Source of the DNA: Thalia democratica
Taxonomy: Eukaryota
NCBI GenBank assembly: GCA_965202585.1
Contig: OZ241828.1
Location: 56,916,001 to 56,980,000, forward strand
Direction: 5' to 3'
DNA length: 64,000 bases
Position 1 is the stretch's first letter. Every line of letters starts with the position of its first letter. A model generated the notes under the pieces. The model ran no database searches. It worked only from the letters and a program-made list of their open reading frames with translations, and was not told the DNA's origin. This document shows, piece after piece, positions 25,201-39,816 of the stretch. Both the position numbers and the translations under genes were made by a program.

Positions 25201-25775
25201 ACTCTGCTTTCTTAGCTTTAAGTATTCATTTAAACTTAGTTATGCACTCCTGAGAGATAATTTCGACATGTATGTATTCTATTTAGCGCGTTAAAGCTTT
25301 TAATTTGACAAAAAGCTGCATGCAAATTTGATCCTAATCGAAGCTGTAGCTTCAAAAATCAAAATCATAAAATTTTATGTTACAAAAATTTGCATACTTG
25401 TTGTTACTATTGACTACGTTAAATGTTTGATTTATTGAATATAAATGTTTTTGAGTTAAATTGTGATTTTTTTATACTTATTTTTAATGAATGTTTTCTG
25501 GGTTTACACAAGTGGCAACACAAAAAGAGTCGTAGGGGGTGTGGAGCAAAATAAATTGCCTTGTATACACTTATCACTCGTACTTCAACATTCCACTTTT
25601 AATGTATTAACATAACTGCATAGTTTCAGATTAAATTCAATAACATTAGAGGTAGCTGTGTTCCCGCTAGGACGTTATCACGCGTCATTTCATATGTTTA
25701 AATTTTTGTAGATTCGTAACTTTTTTAAGCTAGCTACGTCCCTGGGTTGCTGTATGAAGTGTAATAAAATAACAT

Positions 25776-25838
25776 TGTAATATTACGTTACCGACATGTT
25801 CTTTAGAAGAGAACAAGTCTTAATTATCTTAATATTAC
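25776..25838 (-). tRNA. trnG: mt tRNA-Gly(TCT) pseudogene (NUMT), the AGR-decoding tRNA of tunicates
   Basis: Perfect acceptor GTAATAT/ATATTAC. Anticodon arm GTTCT-ctTCTaa-AGAAC. T arm ATGT-cggta-ACGT. Confidence 0.85.
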
Positions 25839-25904
25839 GTTGACTGGGTACATTTATCGCTTTAAAGTTGACAACTTTATGTACTCGGCTTATACTACAA
25901 CCAA
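25839..25904 (-). tRNA. trnD: mt tRNA-Asp(GTC) pseudogene (NUMT)
   Basis: Acceptor TTGGTTG/CAGTCAA, D stem GTAT/GTAC, anticodon arm TAAAG-ttGTCaa-CTTTA. Confidence 0.85.
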
Positions 25905-25906
25905 AT

Positions 25907-25972
25907 TGGTTGAGATACTCTTACAGTACTTGGAAACCCGAATTTTCCAGTTCTTTTTAAACTAACTTAATT
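25907..25972 (-). tRNA. trnR: mt tRNA-Arg(TCG) pseudogene (NUMT)
   Basis: D stem GTTT/GAAC, anticodon arm GGAAA-atTCGgg-TTTCC, T stem GTACT/AGTAT. The acceptor (AATTAAG vs CTCAACC) pairs only if three A were originally G. Confidence 0.65.
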
Positions 25973-26021
25973 TTATTGATACATTTATTTAATAAAACAT
26001 TACTTGCTGTGTAAAATCAAA

Positions 26022-26746
26022 TTAAAGAGCTAAGTAGTAAGAAAAATAAACGAAAACTCAAACTACGTCTACGAAGTGTCAGTAAATTACAGAACATAAA
26101 TACACAGGGTGACTTTCTGGGGTTGAGTTCCTACTAAAGACACGTCCTAAAGCGTATATTAGAAAGAATACTCTTACTCATACATGTATTCCATGAAATC
26201 TTAAAGAAGAAAATAATATTGATCTACAAAATTTCCTTGCCATTCTTAAGGAGAACGTGCTAAACTCTACTCATTGTACTCTAAAGAAAACCACACTTAA
26301 GACAATAGTTATCACTAACCTCTTAAAAGTTATTTCTGTAGACCCAAATCTTAATCTCATATGAGAGTATGTTATAGTTACAAATGAGCTAAGTAAGAGA
26401 GCAAAATGTATTAACCTATGGCCTATGGCTGAAGGTATTTCATTTTTTGCTACAATTCTACTATTTCTCACAGCCGGTGCTCATATGCTTTTAGTAAACC
26501 AAGAAAACAGCAGTGAAAAGAAGGCAAATGCCTCTGCTGCGACTAATCAGTAAAAGGATACCATATAATGTGAACGAGTTAATTCTCTTACCATTCTCGC
26601 TTTATCCATGAACCTTATTTCTGCACTAAGGAACCACGTGTTTAATACTAAAGGTATGAGTATTAACAAAGTACCCACTCCTTTCAGTAACATGATTAAC
26701 CTTTTTCTAGCACAAAAAAGGGTCCTTGAAACTAATAAGGGTGCAT
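26022..26746 (-). pseudogene. cox3: cox3 pseudogene (NUMT)
   Basis: MHPY, CGSMLFSSLGFHGMHVWVG, IYWHFVDVVWVFVY, TAA at 26022. Confidence 0.95.
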
Positions 26747-26787
26747 GAGAATATCTACTAAGAAATGTCTGCGGTTTGCAGTTGACA

Positions 26788-28263
<1,476 letters not shown>

Positions 28264-28269
28264 ACACCT

Positions 28270-28334
28270 AAAGAAGAGACCGTAGGTATGGATAGATTAT
28301 GAACTTAGTATCTTGCTGTTAGATTACTCTTCTT
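28270..28334 (-). tRNA. trnM: mt tRNA-Met(CAT) pseudogene (NUMT)
   Basis: Perfect acceptor AAGAAGA/TCTTCTT, D stem ATCT/AGAT, loop ttCATaa, T arm ACC-tac-GGT. The anticodon stem is imperfect. Confidence 0.75.
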
Positions 28335-28344
28335 GTATACACAT

Positions 28345-29630
28345 TTTAGTTTAATTTGGTTAATTTAAATTAGTAAAATAAATGAGTGATTTAGTAAGAG
28401 ATATAGTATGTATAGTTCTACACCGGTAGTGTATTGTCTTAATAGACTTCGATTACTATTTTGTTATAGACAAACTAATTTAAGTTATGCAATCGGCTAA
28501 TAGAATAAACATGGATCTTAAACCTATAACAGTTAGACTAGAACAAAAAAATCTTCGTATTCGTGTGTAATATTGCTCATAGCTTCGTAGTAGTACAGTT
28601 AGTGTTACTACAATTTAAACTCTGAAGTAAGTATAGCTGTTAAATAAAGCATTTAGAATAGATAGTTCTCTTCAAAAAGAAAACACTGGAGGTAAATCTG
28701 TTAGTATGAACCTTAATAGTATTGTATAACACCAAGTAAATTTATTTATTTTAGCAGGTAAACAATTTTGACTATAAGTTAGCACTGTATTTTACCTGCT
28801 AAATGGAAAAGTGCAGGGCTCGAAAGACATTGTCTTAATCTAACTAGACAAGCTTCTGTAAACCTTTAAACTGTGTACGTTAGCCGCCTAACACAATTTA
28901 AAGTTATATGTCTAACAAAGCAGTAAGCAAGAGAAACTTTAGTCTCAAATATGTCCTTATAATTAAGCTGAATAACGTAGCTTTAATAAATTTGCTACTT
29001 AAGAGCAGGTTTCTAAACAGAAAAATTAGATAGACTAATCTAACCTTTAAACTTAATCTTGCAAGAATTATAGACAGGATCGTAGGAGCCTGTACATGGG
29101 CTTTAAGCAGTCAATAATGCAGCCTATACACAGGTAGTTTAGCAAGTTTCGATATTAAAATTAGCAACTGTAGTACTGACTTCTGCGTTTGCCAGAAATC
29201 TTTCCCTGTACAAACAAGATAATCTGGATGATTTTCCTTTTCTGTACTCCCTAATAGTGTACACTGATAGTGTAGCAGACAGAACTAAGATGTTGTAAAC
29301 AAGGCATATGTTTGAAACAATTTATCTTTTGAAATATGAATTAACCTAAATCTTAACGTAGTTCAACAAAGCATTAAATCAGCAATAATCTACACGAAAA
29401 GAAGTTCTCTTGTGTAAAACGCAGCCAAATGCAAGAAAGCCACTAAGAACATACAGACAAGTGATTTCGAGGAAGTTATTGATTTGTAGCCAAGTAAAAG
29501 AAATGTTCCTGTTAAGATCACTGGTCTATTGATTTTTAAAGAAAAAATTCTGGGATAATTGGTTGTGGTAGCCAAAACTTTTGTAAAAAACAGAGGAGTT
29601 AGGCACAAAAAGAACAATTGGACATTTTTG
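28345..29630 (-). pseudogene. nad4: nad4 pseudogene (NUMT)
   Basis: [37 protein letters not shown] matches the nad4 KxPxYGxHxWLPKAHVEAP motif. Upstream AFYTGELLFV also matches. Ends are approximate. Confidence 0.9.
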
Positions 29631-29649
29631 GCATTATAGTAATAACGAT

Positions 29650-29980
29650 AAGTATTTTATTTCATTTCTTTAAAGAAAAGTAAGTAAATAGATATAAGAT
29701 AAAAACGCCATTACTCTATAAAAAAAAATGAAAGAGTAAGCATATAAAAGGTAGGAGGTGAAAAATTTCAAAGTCAAATACAATGAAGGACAAAGCTAAA
29801 GTAAAAAAATTTAACAAATAAGTTACTTTAGCTGAATTTGACTCGAACCTACATTCAAGTATAGTAAGTTCTGTAGAATTTATATTGTATTGCACTGCTA
29901 TCGTCAACAGTTTAAGTACAAATATCAGAATTAACATTAGGATTAAATATTGCAGCATTAATAGTTCCATAGTGAGCATA
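29650..29980 (-). pseudogene. nad3: nad3 pseudogene (NUMT)
   Basis: LECGFES (G=AGG), NFFTLALSFIVFDFEIFHLLPF, in-frame TAG. Confidence 0.88.
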
Positions 29981-29989
29981 TAGAGCTTA

Positions 29990-30230
29990 ATCTTCACAAG
30001 ATTATCTTTTATTAGGTCTAAACTAAACTGTTTCAGTAAACTAAGAGCATCGCTCAAAACACTACCAGTACAAATAAAAAGACCAATAAAATAACCGACC
30101 GCGATTCTGGATCGTTCGAAAAATTATCATTACTTTTCTGATTGCGTTAGATTAAATTTAAACTAAATAGAGCGACACTATTTCAAACACTAATTAAAGT
30201 CTCATAGCCTTTAGTATACCCTGTAAAAGA
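29990..30230 (-). pseudogene. Possible atp6 C-terminal fragment (NUMT right edge)
   Basis: Weak by-eye similarity (ETLISVWNSVAL; SNAIGK; VFWAMLLVY) to atp6 C-terminal helices. Confidence 0.3.
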
Positions 30231-32706
30231 CTTTAAAAATCTTGGAAAAAAACAGCAAAGCCAGATTAATGACATATAAAAACTATTTAGGAATTTTTGT
30301 CTGCCTTTTCACTTAACAGTTAATAAAATTTTGGTATGACAGGTAAAAAACAGAGTCTCAATAAAAACAAATTAAAATTTTTGGGCATTATTTATACAAT
30401 AAAAACCTTTATTTATATATAAACATTTTGCTTGATGCAATTAAAGCAAACTGTGAAGGGTTTAAGTAGGTATCATCTTTTAAAATCAGCTATTATATTT
30501 TATGGTTAAATGTTTTATTATTAAGGTAAACAAAACTTTGAAGCCTGAATGATTGTAATAACATCATTTGTCTGTTTATGGTTATAATCTAACTATCTAT
30601 AAAGTTTAGGTTACACATGTATGATACATCCATTTAAATTTATTGAAGCAAAACGAATTGATAGCACATCATTAAATTTTAAGTAATAAAAATAAGCCTT
30701 TTTTAAACCATAGACTAAATTTCTTAACAAACATCTAAACTTGTTTTCATGGTAAATTGCAAATGAATAACATTTTTAGAACTCAAACTTTATTTATAGA
30801 AAACTGTTAATTTAAACAAGTGCTTAAGTGATTAAGTTACGGACTATTTGCTTATGCAAAAATTTAAAACATCGACCATTTCTAAAGCTGCATGAGCTTA
30901 ATCAATTTTAATATAATATGTTTGATTTAATACTAAAATCGTTGTTATTTTTAATGCAAATAATGAGGGACTTTGATTAAATCCAAAATATACTCAATCC
31001 ACCAACAGAAATAATAAAAATACCAATTAAATGTGTGTTTTGTTTCTGTGTAGAATTTTGAAACAAGTTTTAAATTTTTAGAACAGTATTTGCATGATTA
31101 AGAACCTTATTTTTATCAAAAAAAGCTCTGAAACAATGATGATGAACAAGGTTATTGATGGAAGAATTTGATATGAAATAAATAACAACTTTATTTCTGA
31201 TGATTTATATTTTCAGTGATTATAAAAGAAAAACATTGAGATATCATTTAACCGATATTTTTTTTTATTTTTAGGTAAAACTTCAGGTTACAATTATAAT
31301 TTGAAATGTTCTCCAAAAACGAAATTAGTTTTGCGCGAATTGGACTCACCTGTTACAGATTATTCTAGTGTATTATTGCAAAAAGTTCTTTAAAAGTATT
31401 AATTTAAGCAAAACTTTGAAACGCGATTATTTCAATTATGTTATGCAAATAGAACAGTTTCCTTAAAAACTTGTTGAAGCATACATAGACCTTTTTGTAA
31501 AAGTTTTAGTTACAAAAAAAACAAACTTTTAAGCCTAAGATTAATTAATTATAGAAACTAAGAAGCGCGATGAATGAAAATAAAACTTCTAAAACTACTT
31601 TCAAGCTGAATAGCTTTAAGTCGCAGTATTTAATTTTCTTAAGAACTGCATATTTTCAAAATGTGAGTTTTATAGAAATTCGAAACACGAGCTTTTACCA
31701 TATATATTATTAGTGCAAACAAAACTTTAAAGCATGAATGATTGTAATAAAAACATTTGTCTATTTATGGTTATTACCTAACTAGCTCTAAAGTTTAGGT
31801 TACAGATGATTAATTTATTATTTATTACATGGCTAAGCTTATTTGCAATATTATACATCTGATCTCATATTACAAGCTTTACTTAACAAAATGTAAAATT
31901 AAAACACAGTTTATTTTTAATTTAAAAATTTCAAAAGACATTTAATGGACACCATTCTTAAAAAAAATTCCCTATAAAATACTTTAAGACCACTTGATAA
32001 AAACCTATAAAAAAAATTTGAAATAACATTAAAAAAATGCATACTTTTTTATACTTGATTTACTAAATTCCTGAAAACATTAAGTTTCGGACTTACCATT
32101 TCATGATCCAGATTCACAGTTGTATGATAGAATAAACTTTGCGTTTTTTGGATTTACCTTGTTCAGTCCTTTAATGTCTGTTTGCTTCTGAAATTGTGGT
32201 AGTTACTTTAATTTACGTTTTGTATTTTGAGCTTTAAAAGAATTAAGGTTAAAAATATAAAGAAACCATTTAACTTATAGCAATAATAAAATCATTTGCC
32301 ATATGCAAGTAAATAAGGTGAGATTTTTTCAAGAAGTGAGTTATATATAAAAAATTATCACAAGAAAAAAATATTTTATAAAATTAATAATAAAAATATT
32401 AAGTGCATGGCTATCAATAACTAATAGTCTGGTTACTTATAAAACAGCTAACACATACAAAAAGCAAGTTAAAAGTTAAGTAATGTTTAAAAATTATTAT
32501 ATGAACGCGATAACTTTTAGAATTTTCTTAATCAGTTAAAAGGTTCATTTTAATTTTTTAACCTGTTCATTGAGGAGCTTCATAGGAATAAAAAAGTGTG
32601 AGTTCTTGCACGAAAGTAATAGACTGAAATGAGACAAAAAGAAAAAAGTCAGTTTTGAACACAAGCTGGCGCTGTTTAATCGAAAATATTTTTATATTTA
32701 AGTTAC

Positions 32707-33481
32707 GAAAACAGGTCAAAATTGCACGAGGAGACTAAATTGCACAAAAAAATAACTTTGCACGTCAATTTTGCACAGAGGGTCATTTTCGCACGAGTAA
32801 AAAAAATATATAAAAAAACTAAAAAATAAATTGTTAAAAAAACAAAAAGAATAAAAAAAAAAAATTACGACCGAGAGTAAGGGTTAAGGGTAACAGTGAT
32901 AAGGTACATGAAATTTTGCTAACTCACTGTGACTTAAAATTGGTCAAAACTTTTTGTTACTTATTTATACTAAAGCTTTGTCAGTTCTACTGTGACTTTG
33001 TGGACTAAATTTTGTCAGTTCTACTTTGACTTTTTGAAACAAATTTTATCAATTCTACTTTGACTTTTTTGACTAAATTTTGTCAAATTTATTGTGACTT
33101 TGTAAAATAGAACTGGGATATAACCCATTGTGATTTATTTGACTTGAACGTTGTCACCTACTTTCTGTGACTTAAGGACTTAAATTGCCTCTTTGTACCT
33201 TTTGTGGTTTAAATAGACTTTAAATTTATCACTAATTTTCTGTGACTTATTAGGACTTAAATTGTGTCAACACATTTTGTAGTTTATTTTGACATAAACA
33301 TTGTCACCAACTTTTTGTGACTTATTAGGACTTAAGTTATGCCAACATATTTTAGCTTACTTTAACCTGTGCATTGTCACCAACTTTCTGTGGCTTAACA
33401 AAACTTTAATTCTGTTAATACCCTTAGTACTTATTACCTAAACCCTATATAATACTTTGTTCGATATGACCCCTTGTTTCC
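32707..33481. mobile_element. MITE-like element with TTGCAC subterminal repeats and an internal ~33-bp minisatellite
   Basis: Imperfect TIRs GAAAACAGGTCA / TGACCCCTTGTTTCC. TTTGTCA..TCTACT.TGACTTT is repeated at 32970-33110. Related ends occur at 34490-34570 and 41377-41937. Confidence 0.55.
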
Positions 33482-34199
33482 TATTGGTTTTCCCATCCCC
33501 TATTGTTTCTAGTTATGGGTAAAAACTCAAAGGCGTTAAAACAGGCAGATAGTAAATGTGAGTATTGCTTCTTAAAAATTAAATGAAAGCTTTAATGTGA
33601 ATTTTTTTTAGATCAATTGTTAAAAAATGCACTATTTAATAAAAATGACAAAAGTTTAAGAATGTGAATTGAAAATGTGATAAATCCTGTCTTCAACATA
33701 AAAAGTAATATACTAGTAAACTTTTTCTATGGTAAAATACTGTCATGGTATTATTTAACTTTTACCTAAAAGACATTCATTACTCATTACTAAAAGAGAG
33801 GCCATATAGGCTTTTAAAGTAGCGTATAACCACACTAAAAACCAAAATTGAAATTTAGACTTTACTTATACTAAAACCTGATATTAAATAATATTTAGGA
33901 CTACTCCATATAAAACTAGGCATGACAATAAGTGAGCATGTTGTATTAAAGAACAATTGCAAACGCTAACAAATATATAAAGAACATCATACTTCAGAAA
34001 GTATTTTAAATGTTGTCACAGCTTTTAGACAAAATTTAATCTAGTAGGTATATTTAAAGAATGTATAAAACTGAATAAAATTTAACTACTTAAAATGTAA
34101 ATGAAAAATACTTAGAGAAAAATAAAATAAAAATGAAAAAAGTAGCTTACCTAAAAAAATACCTTATATAACACAAGAAAACAGTATATATGTCTATCC

Positions 34200-34465
34200 T
34201 GAATATAATGTTTACTGCAGCAGGCTGCAGCTAGAGTACCTTCCTGCTCTAACTGTTGAGAGCTAATATATATATCTGTAGTATAAGAATGTAAACTTGC
34301 ATCAGTAAACTCGTGACTGCTCTTTATTTTCTCTTTATCTAAACTTGCATCAGTGTAACACGTAGCCTTGCGAGCTTACTTATAAACGCTTAGATGAACA
34401 AGAAATTTAACTCTAAACTTTCTCAATATTTACATTTAAACTGTTATCAGACACTTGTTGATATC
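34200..34465 (-). pseudogene. Degenerate exon paralogous to 17270-17520
   Basis: KFRVKFLVHLSVYK*ARKATCYTDASLDKEKIKSSHEFTDASLHSYTT. Shares the AG|GATATCAA start with the 17.5-kb copy. Confidence 0.45.
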
Positions 34466-35926
34466 CTCTTACATTGTCTTTGAGCAAAATTAACCCTGTG
34501 TTCAAACTTGACGCCGTGCAAAAAATGTCTTCGAGCAAAAAAATTCCTTCGTGCATATTTGACACCTACTGTTTTTTTTTATCCTAAATATTTTACTACT
34601 AATTATTTGCTGTACTTACTGCGTGATGGTTTTGCTGATCCATTGTATTACCATTGTTTGTACAAACCGCTATATCTAATGTCTCATGTGTGACTAAATT
34701 TAAGCTAATAGCAAAACTTGTTAAAATGTGTGGAGTAGTTTAAAGTTTGTTTTAATGTAACTTACGCTTTAAATTCTAAATAAAATGTAAGTTAAATATT
34801 ATTTAATCCTGGTTTGGCTAAGTCATCCTTTAATACCAAAGCTTTTTAGTTCTAAATATCTACAATAAAATCCACATTTTTTTAATAGTTTTAAAATTGT
34901 GTTATATATTTATACAACCAAGTAAAACAAACTTTTTAATTATGAATATAATTCTTATGCAGCTTTATCAATTTTAAATTTTTTTAATATAATTTACAAA
35001 AAATTGTAAGTAGTATAATAATTATTTTAGATAATTAAAATTTACTGAAATTAAAAGTGATATATAGTTTTATCAAAAATGAAAATATTGTTTGCAACCG
35101 TTTTAGAACGTCATAGCATAAAAATATTTATTTGTTATTATTTTTGTAAACTATTTTTTATAAATCTTTGAACTATTCTACACATAAAGGTTTCAACATA
35201 AAATAATTAACACCTTATCATGTGCAAAAATGAACTGAAAGTTACTTACTGTACTGTGTAAAAGAGTGTAAAATAATTTTAAGGAGTTCTGAGTTCTGAC
35301 TCTGAGTAAGAATACAAATATTTATTAAACAAACACAAATATAACTCGGATATTTTAACAAAATTTTAAAAACGTTGTACAGCTGGAATCGATAACAATT
35401 GTACAAGAAGCGTTTTAGTTACTTATTTAAATGGTAAACCAACATTATCAACAATATACTAAGAACCATATGTTTACTCAAGTTTTGTTTATGATATCCG
35501 AGCTGAATTAAGCAATATGTTTAAAATAGAAAAAATGAAGTATTATTTAATATGTTTAACTATATGAAAAAGATAAAAATACTTAAATATCTAGTCTCAA
35601 ATACTGTTTTTTTTTATAAATGATATTATTTTTTTGTGTCAATTGTACTTCCATGTCCAACTCAGTATTATAAATAATAAATTTTTACATAGTTGGTAGG
35701 GGATAACCAACTGTTGAAACTCGATTGTCAATTGTGCAAGTCTGAAATAATGAAATATGTAATGAATAATTTTGTAACATGTTTGTAGGTTTAAGAACAA
35801 CAAATTGTGGACTAGTAATTTTCTAATATTTCAACTTGTAAAAAAGTGTCGTAGGCGAGCGTAGCAATATGACCTACTTTCTTAAAGTTACTCTCTTACT
35901 ATTTGATTAGAACATATATAAATTAT

Positions 35927-36066
35927 NNNNNNNNNNNNNNNNNNNNNNNNNNNNNNNNNNNNNNNNNNNNNNNNNNNNNNNNNNNNNNNNNNNNNNNNNN
36001 NNNNNNNNNNNNNNNNNNNNNNNNNNNNNNNNNNNNNNNNNNNNNNNNNNNNNNNNNNNNNNNNNN
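35927..36066. other. Assembly gap (140 N)
   Basis: Run of N. Confidence 1.
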
Positions 36067-36229
36067 TTAATACTTTCAAATTTTTAAAACTCTTATTATT
36101 TATTGACTTTATTGTTGATATATATGTATATATTATTATCCATACAAGTAGTATTTTTTTTTCATACTACAGTATTTCATTATTCTAGTTAGTTTTTTAT
36201 GTTTTTAGAACTAAATACTTTTAATTAAA

Positions 36230-36682
36230 TATTTGTTTATTTGAGTTTGCAACAGCTGATTGTGAGTTCACACTGGTGGCAGTGATCACATGATTGGATT
36301 GTTGGTGTGTTTTTTGTTGTAGAGTCGGCAAATACTTACTTGGGGATTTGAGCTTCATGATTTTCCCACACTTTGTGGTTTTTAGTGTTGAGATTTTAAC
36401 CTTGTGAGTGTTTGCTAAATGACGTGTCACCAAAGGTTTTTTTCAATAAAGGGTTAGGATTAGTTTTTATTTCAGTTAGTTAATTTTTTTTTTCTTTTTT
36501 TATTACATACACATTTTTATTTTTAAGGTTTTTTTTTTTCATAAATTTAACGATAGGGCAGGTGGAATAACATGTGATGAGCTCAAACTCACTTGCTTGA
36601 CCTTCAGAAAACGTTTATCGTTGCAGAGGGGAGAGTGAGTATTTTCTGATGCTTTTCTACCTTTAAAAAAAAAAAAAAAAAA
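36230..36682 (+). mobile_element. Solo copy of the LINE 3' UTR with A tail
   Basis: Colinear with 38930-39365 and ends in an A-run at ~36665-36682. Confidence 0.85.
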
Positions 36683-36889
36683 CAATTAGTATTTTAAATT
36701 TTTTGTATAATTTTTTATTTATTGTTAAGAAACATCATTCTCAAAGTCTACCCCTTGCAACAATAAACGTTTTCTGGGGAAAAGTGAGTGTGTTACATCA
36801 TATGTAATTATAGCTGCTCCATTAATATTTAACTTTAACTGTCCAAAATAAAATAAACAAAAACTATCTTTTAAATAAATTAAAAAAAA

Positions 36890-37090
36890 CCCTTGGTGAC
36901 ACGCCATTTGGAGAAAACTCACAAGTCTAAAATTTCAACACTAAAAGCCACAAAGTGTGGGAAAATTATGTAGCTCAAATCCCCAAGTAAGTATTTAATC
37001 AGCACTACAACAAAAAAATCACACCAACAATCCAATCATGTGATCACCACCACCATAGTGAACTCACAATCATTTGTTGAGCAAATGCAT
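36890..37090 (-). mobile_element. Inverted fragment of the same LINE 3' UTR
   Basis: Reverse complement of ~36240-36440. Confidence 0.8.
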
Positions 37091-37214
37091 AAAACTAGTA
37101 TTATAATAAACACATAAGCATTAAATAACTATCTTAAAGCTTGATAACTAACTAATTTACTGAAATGTTACTCTAAAAAAATTAAAAATTAAGCTAAATA
37201 AGCTGTCACTTAAA

Positions 37215-39390
37215 TATGCTGAAGTGGTACCAATTTACAAGTCTGGTAAAAAAAGTGATGTTAATAACTATAGACCTATTTCTCTTATGTCTCCTTTTTC
37301 AAAAATTTTGAGTCCTTAGTGTGTGAGAGGTTGAATATTTTTTTTTTGTCTAATGATGTTTTGCATAAAAATCAGTATTGTTTTAGGAAAGATAGTACAA
37401 CTGAGCTTGCTGTGAATCAGATTGTGGATGAGTTGATTGAGGCTGGTGAGAAAAAGTTAGTTAATTGTTCTGTTCTTTTAGATTCAGCAAAAGCATTCAA
37501 TACGGTAAATCATGAAATACTCTTGTCAAAATTAAAAGGTTATAAAGTTGAAGGATCTATGTTAAATTTACTACAAAGCTACTTATATAATAGAAGCCAA
37601 TTGACTGTTATCAATAATGTTGTGTCTGAGCGTGAAATTGTGAATGTTGGTATACCGCAAGGTTCTTGTTTGGGTCCTTAATTGTTTCTTGAGTATATAA
37701 ATGATATTTTTCTTCTACTGAGATTAACATGAGATTGTTTGCTGATGATGCCTGCTTAAGCTACCAACATAGTGATCCTGCTTGTGTGAACAGTGTTATT
37801 AATGAAGAACTGAGAAAAGTTGATGTATGGTTGCGTGATAATAAACTTTTTATTAACTATTCTAAAACTAAATTCTTGCTTTTTAACAATACTTCTAAAA
37901 AATGTGATTTTAAAGTAAATATAAATGGATTTGCTCTTGAACAGACTGAAAGTATAAAATATTTAGGTGTAGTTTTGGATGAAAAACTGAATTGGAGGGC
38001 TCACTTAAGATGTCTCAAATCAAATCTGTCTAAAAGTTGTTTTGTGTTGTCAATATTGAGGTACTATTTGGATGTGAGTACACTTAAAATGGTGTATTAT
38101 AGTTTGTTTTATCCGCATATTCAATATTGTATTTCTGCTTGGGGTGGTGCTGCTGAATGTTATTTGAAACAAATTGTTACTATGCAAAAAAGGATAGTGA
38201 GGTATGTTTGTTGTGTGCCTGCTTTGACTCCAACAAACCCACTGTTTGTGAAAACTGGTCTGCTGAAATTGAATGATGTGTATAAATTGCAAGTTTGTAA
38301 ATTGATGCAGAATAGTATGACTGGATTTGATGTTGAGCATAAAAGTTTTACTCTTGCTAGTTCTCTTCACTCACATAATACAAGATTTTCAAAAAAATTT
38401 AACTTCATAACTATAAGACCTAGAACAAGACTTGGCCTAAACTCCATTAGGTATTTGGGTCCAAGGTTTTGGTCTAGTGTCCCAGAAAATTTGAAAAGGT
38501 TAAAAAAAGATAAGTTTAAATGCGGTTATAAAAATTTTCTATAAATTTGCTACAAGAAGTGAAACTTGAGTGCTTATAATCACATGCATGAGTATATTGT
38601 TTTATTGTCTTATTTTTTTGTGCATTTGTGTATAAACTAGATTAATTATATATTTTGTTTTCCTTGTTGTTTTCTGTATAAGTTTAAGTTCAAATATTTT
38701 ATGTTATTTAACTTATTTTTAATATATAAAGGAACATTTCTGTTGAGATTTTTTATTTTTTCTAATACAAGTTTGTTAAGAGAGAAATTATTTGTCAAGT
38801 TTTTGAATATTGATCAAGATTTGTGTTAACTTAATGCTAGCAATAAATTACTTAAGATTTTGTTATAGAAGTTTTTTGTTTTGTAGCTATTGTTTTTAAA
38901 TTACACTGCTTAATGGTATATTGCTGCTTAAATTTTCAATGGCTAATTGTGGAATCACTTGGTGGCAGTGATATCATAATTGGATTGTTGCTATTGTTGT
39001 TTTGTTCAGAACGTCGGAAGCACTTGCTTGGGGATTTGAGCTTCAGGATTTTCCCAAACTTAGTGGTTTTTAGTGTTGAGATTTTAACCTTGTGAGTGTT
39101 TGCCAAATGACTTGTCACTAGGGTTTTTTTCAATAAAGGGTTAGGATTAGTTTTTTATTTTGGTTAGTTAAAAGTTCTACTTTTTATTTATTTATAGATT
39201 TAGTTTTATTTTTTTAATTAAATGGTGAAATTTTTTCTTAGTAAATTTAAAGATAGGACAGGTGGAATAACACGTGATGAGCTCAAACTCACTTGCATGA
39301 CCTTCAGAAAACGTTTATCGTTGTAGAGAGGAGAGTGAGTTAATTCTGATGTTTTTCTACCTTAAAAATAAATAAATAAAATAAATAAAT
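37215..39390 (+). mobile_element. 5'-truncated CR1/L2-group LINE (RT, frameshifted) with 3' UTR and (TAAA)n tail
   Basis: VVPIYKSG..NNYRPISL, LDSAKAFNTVNHEILL, GIPQGSCLGP, LFADD, IKYLGVVLDEKLNW. The tail is AAAATAAATAAATAAA. Confidence 0.93.
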
Positions 39391-39816
39391 TAGAAGAAAA
39401 AACTATTAAGAAAATGTAGTTTCTGAAACTTGTATTGGTAAAATTAATTTTAGTTTAATAAGGGTGAGATGAAAAAAAAACTTATATTTATGCAACAGTA
39501 ATTAATAAATACAGTTAACAAATAAAATATAACAAAAATATAATAAAAGCTGGATAGCAGCAAATAAACAATCACGCACAACCATACAATATATTTTCCC
39601 ATCAACAGACCAAAACCAGCCAATCATGATCAGAGTAAACACAAACAAAATTGACCATACATATATTAAGAGAAACAGATAAAAATAACAACCAAAAACA
39701 ATTAAGCAAAATCTGCATGCTACACAAATTACTCAACCACACTTAAACAAAAAAAAATTATTTAAATCTTTGATTTAATATTCATGAGTCAAATTTGGCA
39801 TAGTTTGCTGTATTAA

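Noticed and set aside
35888-36079. ORF across the N run
   Set aside because: Artefact of the assembly gap.
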